From: Candidatus Omnitrophota bacterium
GTDB taxonomy: Bacteria; Omnitrophota; Gorgyraeia; Gygaellales; Profunditerraquicolaceae
DNA length: 61,083 nucleotides
Assembly (NCBI GenBank): GCA_041650495.1
Contig: JBAZLB010000006.1
Span: forward strand, 1 to 61,083
Direction of reading: 5' to 3'
A model generated the notes under the pieces. It saw nothing but the letters and a program-made list of their open reading frames with translations, did not search any database and was not told the origin of the DNA. The position numbers were made by a program, and so were the translations under genes. Positions 26,881-35,964 of this stretch are shown here, piece by piece (position 1 is the first letter of the stretch; each line of letters starts with the position of its first letter).

Positions 26881-27306
26881 TCACTTTCCTCTTTTTACTT
26901 TGTTCAATAATTTTATTACCCCGGAAATGATTGCCTCCGGCTTAGGCGGGCATCCGGGGATGTATAAGTCTACGGGCAAGATCTTATCCAATGGCTCCCG
27001 GACATTATAGCTTTCCTTGAACATATGCTGAGAACAGGCGCACGTCCCGCAGGCTACCACCAGGCAAGGCTTAGGCGCCTGTTCATAAAGCCTCTTCATA
27101 CGTACGACTGCTTTTCTATTCATTGCCCCGGTAATCAAAAGCACATCCGCATGGCGCAGGGAACCTATCAGCTGGATTCCAAAGCGTTCCAGATCAAAGC
27201 GGGGGGTAAAACAATCCAATGTCTCTATATCGCAGTTATTACATGAACCAACGCTCGCATGAAAAATCCAGATAGATTTAGTAAGCGCTTTTAGGCGAAA
27301 ATCCAT
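26881..27306 (-). CDS. Hydrogenase small subunit (NuoB-like)
   Basis: GSCNNCDIE, RHADVLLITG, GTCAC, IPGCPPKPE. Confidence 0.9.
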   Translation of the reverse strand: MDFRLKALTKSIWIFHASVGSCNNCDIETLDCFTPRFDLERFGIQLIGSLRHADVLLITGAMNRKAVVRMKRLYEQAPKPCLVVACGTCACSQHMFKESYNVREPLDKILPVDLYIPGCPPKPEAIISGVIKLLNKVKRGK

Positions 27307-27307
27307 T

Positions 27308-28231
27308 TTACCATCCCAGGCTTGCAAATATTAAACCCAATAGAGCCAAAACAGTGACAGGGCCCCAGAAGAATTTCAGGGCCTGTTCAATGCGTAAACG
27401 CGGATTAGTATTTTTAATCAGTATAGCAATAACCAATAACATTGCAAATTTCAAAAGTAAGAAAAGCGGCCCTATATCTTTGCCCAAAAATAAGGTAATC
27501 ACAAATAACGGCCCGGTCACCAGGAGAAGCGCCTTGGTTAATTTAAATATTGCCAAGGGTAAACCCGAATATTCAATCAGGGTCCCGCCCATTATCTCCT
27601 GGTCCGCCTCGGCCATATCAAAAGGCACAAAACCTAATTTCGCCTGCAGACATAATACTGCCACGACAAAGGCAATCGCCCCGGATAAAGAAAAAATGTT
27701 AGAGCCGAAACCGGCCTGATGGCTAAGGATATCTTCCAACTTGATTACGCCGCCGGATTTAATGACCACGGTAATCAGAGAAATGATAAAAGGCAATTCA
27801 TAACCCAGTAATAATTTCATCTCCCGCGAGACCCCTATTGATGCCAGGGGGTTTGCGGCGCTGGAAGCGCCGATAATCAGCGCAATGGCCGGGATAACCA
27901 AAAGATACAACACCACAATAAGATCGCCCCTGAAGCTCTGACCCGATAAGAAAAGGGCATTCCCTAAAACGGTTGCGCACAAGACCAGGCTTAATAAACC
28001 CAGATACGGAGCCGCTAAAAACGTCAATCGTGCCCCTTCTGGCACAATAGTCTCTTTTCCTAAAAGTTTTATGATATCGGTAAAATTCTGGTGCCAAGGA
28101 GGGCCTTTGCGCCATTGCAGGCGGGCGCTGATCTTGCGGTCTAACCAACCGGCAATCAGCCCTACAGAGGCGCTGAATAAAAAACCCGGGAAAATAAAAT
28201 AATTAAATAAAATCTTCATAGCGGGATTCAA
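27308..28231 (-). CDS. NuoH/HycD-like membrane subunit
   Basis: RKISARLQWRKGPP, PFDMAEADQEI, NPRLRIEQ. Confidence 0.9.
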   Translation of the reverse strand: MNPAMKILFNYFIFPGFLFSASVGLIAGWLDRKISARLQWRKGPPWHQNFTDIIKLLGKETIVPEGARLTFLAAPYLGLLSLVLCATVLGNALFLSGQSFRGDLIVVLYLLVIPAIALIIGASSAANPLASIGVSREMKLLLGYELPFIISLITVVIKSGGVIKLEDILSHQAGFGSNIFSLSGAIAFVVAVLCLQAKLGFVPFDMAEADQEIMGGTLIEYSGLPLAIFKLTKALLLVTGPLFVITLFLGKDIGPLFLLLKFAMLLVIAILIKNTNPRLRIEQALKFFWGPVTVLALLGLIFASLGW

Positions 28232-28243
28232 ATAGCTTTATTC

Positions 28244-28738
28244 CTATCTCTTCTTCTTTATCTGTATCTCTTCCCGTGACCACTTGCGCGTATGCACTAC
28301 CAGATGTTGGCCTACAAAATAAATATTTTCTTCGGGGTTTTCCTCTATTTCTTTAATTTCAAGGGCCTTTTTTGGACAGCTGGTAATACATTTAGGGAGC
28401 TTTCCCGACGACCCCAGGCAATAATCGCAGCGGGAATCTAAATAAGGTATAAAATCCGGCAATATCGTTCCGAAGGGGCATGCGATACTGCAGGATTTAC
28501 AACTGGTACAACGCATGCGGTAGCGCTTCAATATACCGTCTGCCTGCCTTTCCAGCGCCTTATGGTAACAGGAATTAACGCAAGGGGCTTCTTCGCAGTG
28601 CCGGCAGAATAAAGAGAATGTGGCATATTCGCGTATCCCGGTAATTCCTTCATTCTGCGGATGGTAGAAATAATCGCAGGATGCCTTACATACCTGGCAG
28701 CTGCTGCAAATATCTAAATCCACAAATAAACGCTTCAT
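28244..28738 (-). CDS. 4Fe-4S dicluster protein (HycB/HydN-like electron transfer)
   Basis: CSSCQVC, CRHCEEAPCVNSC, CTSCKSCSIACPFG, CDYC. Confidence 0.85.
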   Translation of the reverse strand: MKRLFVDLDICSSCQVCKASCDYFYHPQNEGITGIREYATFSLFCRHCEEAPCVNSCYHKALERQADGILKRYRMRCTSCKSCSIACPFGTILPDFIPYLDSRCDYCLGSSGKLPKCITSCPKKALEIKEIEENPEENIYFVGQHLVVHTRKWSREEIQIKKKR

Positions 28739-28739
28739 C

Positions 28740-29555
28740 CTAATCCCATATCCCGGGTATATCTTTCAATTGCGCGTAAGTGAATACCGGCCCGTCTTTA
28801 CAGGAGTAATAACGCCCGATACGGCAATGCCCGCATTTACCTAAGCCGCAAGACATATTCTTCTCCATGGAAAGATATATGTCCTCAGGGGCAAACCCTA
28901 CATCCAGCAATTTCAAGGTAACAAACTTCATCATAATGGGCGGGCCGCAAACCACGGAAACCGCGTTTCGCAAATCTACGGGCAGGTCTTCCAGGACGGT
29001 AGTGACCAATCCCACCCTCCCATTCCACTCAGGGCTGCCCACATCCACGGTTACTGCCACATCCACTTTGTCTTTCCTGCCCCACTCGGTTATGCCTGTT
29101 TTATAAATAATATCGTCGGCAGTACGCGCGCCATAGCGCAAGACCACCTTATTATATTCTCCAATACCGGAGAATAAACTAAACAGGAGGGAACGTAAAG
29201 GGGCCAGGCCCACCCCGCCTCCGACAATCAAAACATCCTTGCCCTTGAATCGTTCCAGGGGATACCCTTTCCCATAAGGGCCGCGGATGCCGACTGTGGC
29301 TTTAGGCATGAGGCTGTGCAAAAGGCCGGTCACCCTGCCTGTCTTCATAATCGTGACTTCTATCCTATCCTTCCTGCCCGGGTCTGAAGAAGGGGTGAAA
29401 GGCGCCTCTCCTTGCCCGGGGACAGTCAACTCGATAAACTGCCCGGTGTGAAAAGAAAAATCTGCCATGGGCCTGAGCACAAAGGTCTTTATCGCAGAGC
29501 TTTCTACCAATATATCTTCTATTTCAGCCGCAAACGGCTCATATATGTTCTTCAT
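28740..29555 (-). CDS. FAD/NAD(P)-binding oxidoreductase, AsrB/HydG/PyrK family
   Basis: RGPYGKG, GGGVGLAP, CGPPIMM, MSCGLGKCGHC...CKDGPVF. Confidence 0.88.
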   Translation of the reverse strand: MKNIYEPFAAEIEDILVESSAIKTFVLRPMADFSFHTGQFIELTVPGQGEAPFTPSSDPGRKDRIEVTIMKTGRVTGLLHSLMPKATVGIRGPYGKGYPLERFKGKDVLIVGGGVGLAPLRSLLFSLFSGIGEYNKVVLRYGARTADDIIYKTGITEWGRKDKVDVAVTVDVGSPEWNGRVGLVTTVLEDLPVDLRNAVSVVCGPPIMMKFVTLKLLDVGFAPEDIYLSMEKNMSCGLGKCGHCRIGRYYSCKDGPVFTYAQLKDIPGIWD

Positions 29556-30613
29556 GGCTTATTATTAAGTTTCTTTGCCAGGTCCTTGAGCACCTCGCGT
29601 ATATCTATCTTCCCCGGACAAACTTCTATGCACCTGCCGCATCCACAACATGCCGGCATATCCAGATTATCCACAAAGAAGTCGAATTTCTTCATAAACC
29701 TGTTCCTCAACCTCTCTGACCTTGTCTTTAAAGCCCTGGCGCCTCCGGCTACGCGGGTAAAATCAGGATACTGGCAGGAATCCCATGCCCTTAGCTTAAA
29801 ATTATGGCAGCCTTTCTTTTTATCCGCCAACAAAAAACAATGGCAGGTATCGCATATAAGGTTACATCCCCCGCATTCAACACAGGTCAGCATGTAATTA
29901 CGCCAGGTATCCAGGCCATAGCCCCTCCTGACTAAATCCTGCACAGTATTCTTAGGCACAAGATTCTGGCTCAGGAGGTTTACCCTCAGGCGGTAAATGA
30001 GGCTTTCTCTCTTTTTCTGACGGGCCAGGACCTGGCTTTCTTTTGCCTGCGAAAAATATTCCCGGTGCTGTTCTATTAACCCTGCGCCCCTCTTTGAGCC
30101 TGCCTCCACCACATACCCTTCATTAAGCGGAGAGATATTCAAATCAAAGCCCGCCTGTGGGTATGGAAATACATCCCATGCCAGGCAGTGGCATACAGGC
30201 TTATAGTCAGTGCAATCACCAGAAACAAGTATGGTATTTTCCCTTCTCACCCGGTAAAGAGAATCCACTTCCTGGCCTTCCAGGAATACGAAATCCTGTA
30301 TTTTATGGCCGATGAGGTCGCAGTTTTTGACCCCGAAGACAATAGTCTTGCCTATTTCCTCGGCCTTATTGCCCGAAGAAAAATATTCCGCTATCTGTTC
30401 GGCGGCAGGAGTAAAAAAGGTCTTCAACGGCTCCGTCAGGCGGTAGGGGTTAAAAAGCAAAGGTTCTGCCTCTTTAGATTCCTTATAAGAATAATCAGCC
30501 GAAGGAGAAACCTCTGCCCTCTTTAAGGCAGGAGAAAACAGGCGGTATTCTTTTTTAAGAGACTGGAAAAAATCATCAAAGCGGGTTATTTCGCTATAAT
30601 ATATGTTGTCCAT
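29552..30613 (-). CDS. 4Fe-4S protein, AsrA/HydB (sulfhydrogenase beta) family
   Basis: FGVKNCD, CVECGGCNLICDTCHCF, CCGCGRCIEVCP. Confidence 0.85.
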   Translation of the reverse strand: MDNIYYSEITRFDDFFQSLKKEYRLFSPALKRAEVSPSADYSYKESKEAEPLLFNPYRLTEPLKTFFTPAAEQIAEYFSSGNKAEEIGKTIVFGVKNCDLIGHKIQDFVFLEGQEVDSLYRVRRENTILVSGDCTDYKPVCHCLAWDVFPYPQAGFDLNISPLNEGYVVEAGSKRGAGLIEQHREYFSQAKESQVLARQKKRESLIYRLRVNLLSQNLVPKNTVQDLVRRGYGLDTWRNYMLTCVECGGCNLICDTCHCFLLADKKKGCHNFKLRAWDSCQYPDFTRVAGGARALKTRSERLRNRFMKKFDFFVDNLDMPACCGCGRCIEVCPGKIDIREVLKDLAKKLNNKP

Positions 30614-30657
30614 GATACGCCATCCCGGCAGGATAATCCCTTAGGCAGGCTTTAAGT

Positions 30658-30675
30658 TTGTGAAAATTATCACAA
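30658..30675. promoter_or_regulatory. Rex-like (or CRP-like) operator upstream of the hydrogenase operon
   Basis: TTGTGAAAATTATCACAA; one mismatch to Rex TTGTGAA-N4-TTCACAA; downstream of TTGACA-N17-TAATTT (30707-30735). Confidence 0.65.
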
Positions 30676-30762
30676 AACCGCCCTAAAAAAATAACGAATT
30701 CTTAATAAATTAACATATTTGCCATTCCTTGTCAAGGGAAAGGTTAAAAAAAGGTTAAAAAA

Positions 30763-31215
30763 TCATTCTGCCTTAGAAAGCCTGGCCCTTACCAGGGTGC
30801 TGACTAACCTGCCGTCTGCCCCTGGGCCTATCTTTGCCGTTACCTCTTTCATCACCCGGCCCATGTCTTTTATGGTGGCAGATGCGGTTGAGATGATAAC
30901 CTCTTCTATTATTTTACTTATCTCATTTTCTGAAAGCTGGGGTGGCAGATAAGACTGTAATATGGAAAGCTCCTTTGCCTCTTTATCCGCCAGATCCTGG
31001 CGATTGCCTTTTTTAAACTGCTCTATGGAATCCTGGTGTTGTTTTATCTGCTTCTTTATTACCGACAGGCAATCATTATCGTCCAGGGCCCCGTCTTTTT
31101 TGGCGATGGCCGCATTCATCAATTCCGCGCGCAGAAAACTTAAAGCAGAACTCTTCAATGTATCCCTGCTTTTCATTGCCTCTTTGTAATCACCTAAAAT
31201 CTTCTCTTCCAACAC
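30763..31215 (-). CDS. yqeY: GatB/YqeY domain protein
   Basis: KEAMKSRD...KQHQDSIEQFKKGNRQDLADKE..YLPPQLS..DMGRVM. Confidence 0.92.
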   Translation of the reverse strand: MLEEKILGDYKEAMKSRDTLKSSALSFLRAELMNAAIAKKDGALDDNDCLSVIKKQIKQHQDSIEQFKKGNRQDLADKEAKELSILQSYLPPQLSENEISKIIEEVIISTASATIKDMGRVMKEVTAKIGPGADGRLVSTLVRARLSKAE

Positions 31216-31280
31216 GACTGCCCCCTTTTTATAAACTATGCCGCTTTTTAAAGAATACTGCCTGCGTTATTACCTTTGCC

Positions 31281-32183
31281 CTATTTGAATGAAGCAAGCC
31301 TCTTAAATCCTGCCAGCCTTCTTTCTAATTCCTCTATCCTTAAGGAGCCGCTCCTTTCAAGGCCGAATCCTTCCACATTAAAAGAAGCAGCGATTGTGCC
31401 ATAGGCTATTGCCTTCTTGATACTGGCCTGGTTTATGCTCCTTGACTTGGCCAGATACCCCATAAACCCCCCGGCAAAGGTATCCCCTGCACCGGTAGGA
31501 TCAATCACCCTCTCTACCGGATATGCCGGCAAGAGAAAAATAAAGCTCTTACTGTAAAATAGCGTGCCGTGTTCTCCTTTCTTAATCAGGACCATCCGCG
31601 GGCCCAGGGCACACAGACACCGGGCAGCCTTAAGGAGGTTGTTTTCTGCGGATAATGACCTGGCCTCCTGGTCATTGGCGACATAGATATGCACTTTTTT
31701 CAATAAGCTTAAAAGGGAGCGGCGTTTATGGTCTATCCAGTAATTCATACTGTCCAGCCCGATGAGCTGCGCAGAACGCATGCGCCCAAGGAGGTGCCGC
31801 TGGATATCGGGGTCAACATTAGCTAAAAAAATATGGCGTATATTCCTTTGTGTCTCTCTGATATGGGGCCTGAAGGATGCCAACACCCCTAATTCGGTCT
31901 TTAAGGTAATAGCGACATTGAGGTCTTTTTTATATTCCCCTTCCCATTGAAAAGTCGGGCCGTTTTCCTTTATGACAGAATCCAGATTTATACCTTTCTT
32001 GCGCAAGAAATACAGGTAACGGCCGGGGAAATCATCTCCTATTACAGCCACCAGATCCACCGGCGTAAACAGGCGCGCAGACATGGCAAAATGCGCAGCC
32101 GAACCACCGAGTATATGGCTCCTCCTGCCATAGGGGGTCTTGACTGTATCCAAGGCTACTGTCCCTAAAACAACTACGCTCAT
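31281..32183 (-). CDS. PfkB-family carbohydrate/nucleoside kinase
   Basis: GTVALD..LGGSAAHF; DPTGAGDTFAGGF; ATGA overlap with uppP fixes the start at 32183. Confidence 0.9.
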   Translation of the reverse strand: MSVVVLGTVALDTVKTPYGRRSHILGGSAAHFAMSARLFTPVDLVAVIGDDFPGRYLYFLRKKGINLDSVIKENGPTFQWEGEYKKDLNVAITLKTELGVLASFRPHIRETQRNIRHIFLANVDPDIQRHLLGRMRSAQLIGLDSMNYWIDHKRRSLLSLLKKVHIYVANDQEARSLSAENNLLKAARCLCALGPRMVLIKKGEHGTLFYSKSFIFLLPAYPVERVIDPTGAGDTFAGGFMGYLAKSRSINQASIKKAIAYGTIAASFNVEGFGLERSGSLRIEELERRLAGFKRLASFK

Positions 32184-32923
32184 CTTAAGAAGATTAAAGT
32201 AACCACGGCGGCAAAAATACAATAGTAGCCAAAATAATAAAGCCTGGCCTGCTTTATAATAAATCTTAGGAACCACAACGTAATGATACCGCTAAAAAAA
32301 CTACAGGCTAAGCCGATGGCAAAGTTCTGTGGCTCCTGAAAGAAAAAAAGACTTATTTCTTTTATCTCTAACAAGGCTGCCCCTAAGACCGCAGGGATAG
32401 CAGCCAGAAAGGAGAAACGAAAGCTTGCCTGCCTATCCAGGCCCCTGAATAAAAGGGTAGAAATGGTTATGCCTGAGCGGGAAATCCCCGGCAGTATTGC
32501 CAATGCCTGGGCAATGCCTAAAACAAAGGCATCCTTTATATCCGGCCTATTTTTCCTGGCAGCCTTAAGGCCCCTGGTGAATAAAAGAATTATGCCTGTT
32601 ACTATTAGAAAAAACGCCGTCATACGCAGGGAGCCGAACGCCTTTTCAAAAAAACCCTTGCCTGATATACCGACTACCCCGGTGATCAACGTAACTATTG
32701 CCACCTGCCCTATAGAGCGCGCATTGCGTAATAAACTTAATATATCCCGGAAGAAAAATACTATCAAGGCTAAAATAGTCCCTATGTGCAACACCACTGC
32801 CATACTGACTTCTTTCTGAGGGATACCCAACAGGTTCTGAAAGATAACCAGGTGGGCAGAACTGCTCACGGGGAGGAATTCCGTAATACCCTGGACTATG
32901 CCTAAAATAACGTATTTGATCAT
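32180..32923 (-). CDS. uppP: Undecaprenyl-diphosphate phosphatase
   Basis: GIVQGITEFLPVSSSAH; PGISRSG. Confidence 0.95.
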   Translation of the reverse strand: MIKYVILGIVQGITEFLPVSSSAHLVIFQNLLGIPQKEVSMAVVLHIGTILALIVFFFRDILSLLRNARSIGQVAIVTLITGVVGISGKGFFEKAFGSLRMTAFFLIVTGIILLFTRGLKAARKNRPDIKDAFVLGIAQALAILPGISRSGITISTLLFRGLDRQASFRFSFLAAIPAVLGAALLEIKEISLFFFQEPQNFAIGLACSFFSGIITLWFLRFIIKQARLYYFGYYCIFAAVVTLIFLR

Positions 32924-32924
32924 A

Positions 32925-33551
32925 TTAAGGGTGTTTCTCCAGGAAATCTTCCAGGTCAGGGGCTAATTTTGCCTCAAGACGCATATGTCTTCCGTTTACC
33001 GGATGGGGAAATTCTATGTCCAGCGCATGCAGGCAAAGCCTCTTTGCCTTAACCGGGAAATCCCGGCGAAAGGCATATTTACTCTCACCCAAAATAGGCC
33101 ATCCCATGCGGTTAAAATGTATGCGTATCTGGTTCGTCCTACCTGTAAGCGGCATCACCTTTATAATACTAAAATCTTTCCTTTTTTCAACAAGTATGTA
33201 CCTGGTTGAGGCAGACTGGCCTAAGATGGGATAATTTATCTGGCCTTGCGCGGGCAAAGAAGAACCCCGTACCAGCGCAAGGTAGGTCTTTTTAACCTTT
33301 CTTTCGCGGAACAGCTCCATCATCTTCTTTTGTGTGCCTTTACCCTTGGCATAAATAATGACGCCGGAAGTCTCCCGGTCCAGCCGATGGCAAGGGTGCA
33401 AACGATAGGAGACACCTTTATTTTCTAATCTTGCATTGAGTATGTTTGTCAGGGTATGGCGTTCTTTCCTGGGGGTAGGGATAACTAATATGCCTGCGGG
33501 CTTATTTACTGCCAACAGCCATTCGTCTTCATAGATAAACTCCTGTCCCAT
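32925..33551 (-). CDS. RluA-family pseudouridine synthase
   Basis: NKPAG, HRLDRETSG, TGRTNQIR. Confidence 0.92.
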   Translation of the reverse strand: MGQEFIYEDEWLLAVNKPAGILVIPTPRKERHTLTNILNARLENKGVSYRLHPCHRLDRETSGVIIYAKGKGTQKKMMELFRERKVKKTYLALVRGSSLPAQGQINYPILGQSASTRYILVEKRKDFSIIKVMPLTGRTNQIRIHFNRMGWPILGESKYAFRRDFPVKAKRLCLHALDIEFPHPVNGRHMRLEAKLAPDLEDFLEKHP

Positions 33552-33556
33552 TGCCT

Positions 33557-34480
33557 TCAGACTATCTTTAACATGGCATCTATTGCCTTCTTTGCGCGCG
33601 CGCGTATTTCAGGAGAAACCCTCACCTCGGTCTTAAGCTCCTCCAGCGCCCAAAGTATCTTCTCCTGGGTAGTGCGTTTCATGTTCGGGCATACCGCTGC
33701 CTCTGAAGCCGGATAGAATTCTTTGGAAGGGTTGTCTTTTTTAAGGCGGTAAATAAGCCCCACTTCAGTGCCGACAATAATCTCCCCGGCTGTTGTTTCT
33801 TTGGCGAATTTAGCCATCTGACTGGTAGAAATGACGGCATCGGCTAAATCAACTACCGCAGGCAGACACTCCGGATGCACCATCACCTTGGCCTGGGGAT
33901 GGAATTTCTTTTCACTCTTTATATCCTCAGGCAATATCTTGATATGGGTAGGGCAGAAACCGCTCCAGGCAATAAGCTTCCTGCCGGTTCTGCGGGAAAC
34001 AAAATCCGCCAGGTATTTATCTGGGACAAAGATTATCTCTTTCTTATCCTGCAAGGCATTGACCACGGCAATGGCGTTGGTAGAAGTACAACAGACATCT
34101 AATTCCGCCTTCACGCCCGCAGGGGTATTGACATACCCTACTACGGCAGCCTCAGGATGCTCCTTCTTAAGCCTCTTTAAATCAACAGGGGTTATCATAT
34201 TGGCCATAGGGCATGCGGAATTTACATCAGGCATGATAACCTTTTTATCCGGGCAGAGGATGGAGGCGGTCTCCGCCATAAAATGGACGCCGCAGAAAAC
34301 AATAACCTCAGCCTCTACCTTGGCAGCGATACGGCTCAATTCTAAAGAATCCCCGCGATAATCCGCTACATCCTGGACCTCCGGAAGCTGGTAGTTATGG
34401 GCCAGGATGACGGCATTGCGTTTCTTTTTTAACTCGCCAATCCTTTCTTCTATGTCGCCTTTGAACATCTTTTTAAGCAT
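33557..34480 (-). CDS. nadA: Quinolinate synthase
   Basis: LAHNYQ, FCGVHFMAETA, CPMAN, HPEC, CPNMK. Confidence 0.95.
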   Translation of the reverse strand: MLKKMFKGDIEERIGELKKKRNAVILAHNYQLPEVQDVADYRGDSLELSRIAAKVEAEVIVFCGVHFMAETASILCPDKKVIMPDVNSACPMANMITPVDLKRLKKEHPEAAVVGYVNTPAGVKAELDVCCTSTNAIAVVNALQDKKEIIFVPDKYLADFVSRRTGRKLIAWSGFCPTHIKILPEDIKSEKKFHPQAKVMVHPECLPAVVDLADAVISTSQMAKFAKETTAGEIIVGTEVGLIYRLKKDNPSKEFYPASEAAVCPNMKRTTQEKILWALEELKTEVRVSPEIRARAKKAIDAMLKIV

Positions 34481-34481
34481 C

Positions 34482-35588
34482 TTATAAGACCTCATCGATT
34501 ATGCCTCCACCCACCACTATGTCTTTATTGTAGAATACTGCGGACTGCCCGGGGGTTACGGCGAACTGCGGCCGCTTGAACTTCACCATTACCTTGCCAT
34601 CAAATGGCTCTACTCTAGCGGGTGTATCCGGATGATTATACCTTATCTTTACCGTAAGGGCAACCTTCTTTTTCAAAGGCCCGCATATATAATTTATATC
34701 CTTGACTAAGAATGCGCTTTTACATGCCTCCTGCCTTGGGCCGACGGTTATTTTATTGGCGGCGGCATCTATGCGGGTTATATAAACAGGATACCCCCTG
34801 GCAATCCCCAAGCCCTCCCGCTGCCCGACGGTATAAAGGAAAGCCCCTTTGTGCTGCCCTAATACATTGCCGTCTTCATCCACTATCGGTCCACCCGCTA
34901 TCTTAAGCCGGAGGTAATCTTTCAAGAAAACGCGGTAATCCCCTTGCGGCAGGAAACAAATATCCTGGCTATCCCTTTTTCTGGCTACGGCAAGCTTAAA
35001 TTTATCTGCCAATGCCCTTACCTCATCTTTCGTATAACCCCCCAGGGGAAAAATCAGGCGCCGGAGCTTATCCTGCGTCAGCCGGTAAAGAAAATAGGAC
35101 TGGTCTTTGCCTTGGTCTTTTGCCTTCTTCAAAAGGTAGTCTCCCCTGGTAATCCCCTCACCCTTCGCCAGCGCAAGGTTAGGCCTCTTTACTACGCGCG
35201 CATAATGGCCTGTAGCAAAAAAATCTGCGCCTGAAGACAGCGCCTCTTTTAATAAGACCTGGAATTTTATATGTTCGTTGCATCTCACGCAAGGGTTAGG
35301 GGTCCTGCCTTTAAGGTATTCCCGGCAAAAATTCCTGATGACGTATTCTTCCAGCGCCTTTGTGGCATTAAACACGTAATGCCTGATGCCCAGCTTCCTT
35401 GCCACTAAGCGCGCATCATTCAACCCCTGCCTAAGATGCCTTTTATACCCGGATCGCCTCAGCGCAGGTATGGATGTAAAAAACATAGTAATACCAAAGA
35501 CCTTATAACCTTGCGCCTTCAATAATGCCGCGGCTACAGAAGAATCCACCCCCCCGCTCATTGCAACCGCCGCAGTCTTCTGCATCAT
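34482..35588 (-). CDS. mnmA: tRNA 2-thiouridine(34) synthase
   Basis: AMSGGVDSS, TPNPCVRCN, ATGHYA, KDQSYFL, SQDICF. Confidence 0.95.
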   Translation of the reverse strand: MMQKTAAVAMSGGVDSSVAAALLKAQGYKVFGITMFFTSIPALRRSGYKRHLRQGLNDARLVARKLGIRHYVFNATKALEEYVIRNFCREYLKGRTPNPCVRCNEHIKFQVLLKEALSSGADFFATGHYARVVKRPNLALAKGEGITRGDYLLKKAKDQGKDQSYFLYRLTQDKLRRLIFPLGGYTKDEVRALADKFKLAVARKRDSQDICFLPQGDYRVFLKDYLRLKIAGGPIVDEDGNVLGQHKGAFLYTVGQREGLGIARGYPVYITRIDAAANKITVGPRQEACKSAFLVKDINYICGPLKKKVALTVKIRYNHPDTPARVEPFDGKVMVKFKRPQFAVTPGQSAVFYNKDIVVGGGIIDEVL

Positions 35589-35884
35589 TCCTCTTCCTTA
35601 GTATGACTTAAGACGTCAAAATTATAATACCCCAGGACCTTGACCCTGGCCTTTGATTTAGCTACCAGCCAGTCATGGAACTTATGCATAAACCTATCGT
35701 GCATGACCCTGCCTTTCCACATATATACAGAGGCAAACTGCTTTTTATAACCTCTGCGTTTTAAGGTATAATATGCGATAAAACCCGGGGCCTTACGGGC
35801 GTAGTTTGCCCACATCCTGCAGTCCCTGTGGTAAAAAGGCACCTCTTTACTCTTTATCTCAAACAATACCTTATGTATAAACAC
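35585..35884 (-). CDS. Small dimeric alpha/beta-barrel (ABM-like) protein
   Basis: 99 aa, APGFIAY..YMW..H pattern; ATGA overlap with mnmA. Confidence 0.55.
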   Translation of the reverse strand: MFIHKVLFEIKSKEVPFYHRDCRMWANYARKAPGFIAYYTLKRRGYKKQFASVYMWKGRVMHDRFMHKFHDWLVAKSKARVKVLGYYNFDVLSHTKEEE

Positions 35885-35964
35885 CGTCTTCTCCCTGATT
35901 TTGCTTCCGGTTTAAAATTATTATAGTGCTATTATACCCATATAAATAAAAAAACCAAGGTTTT

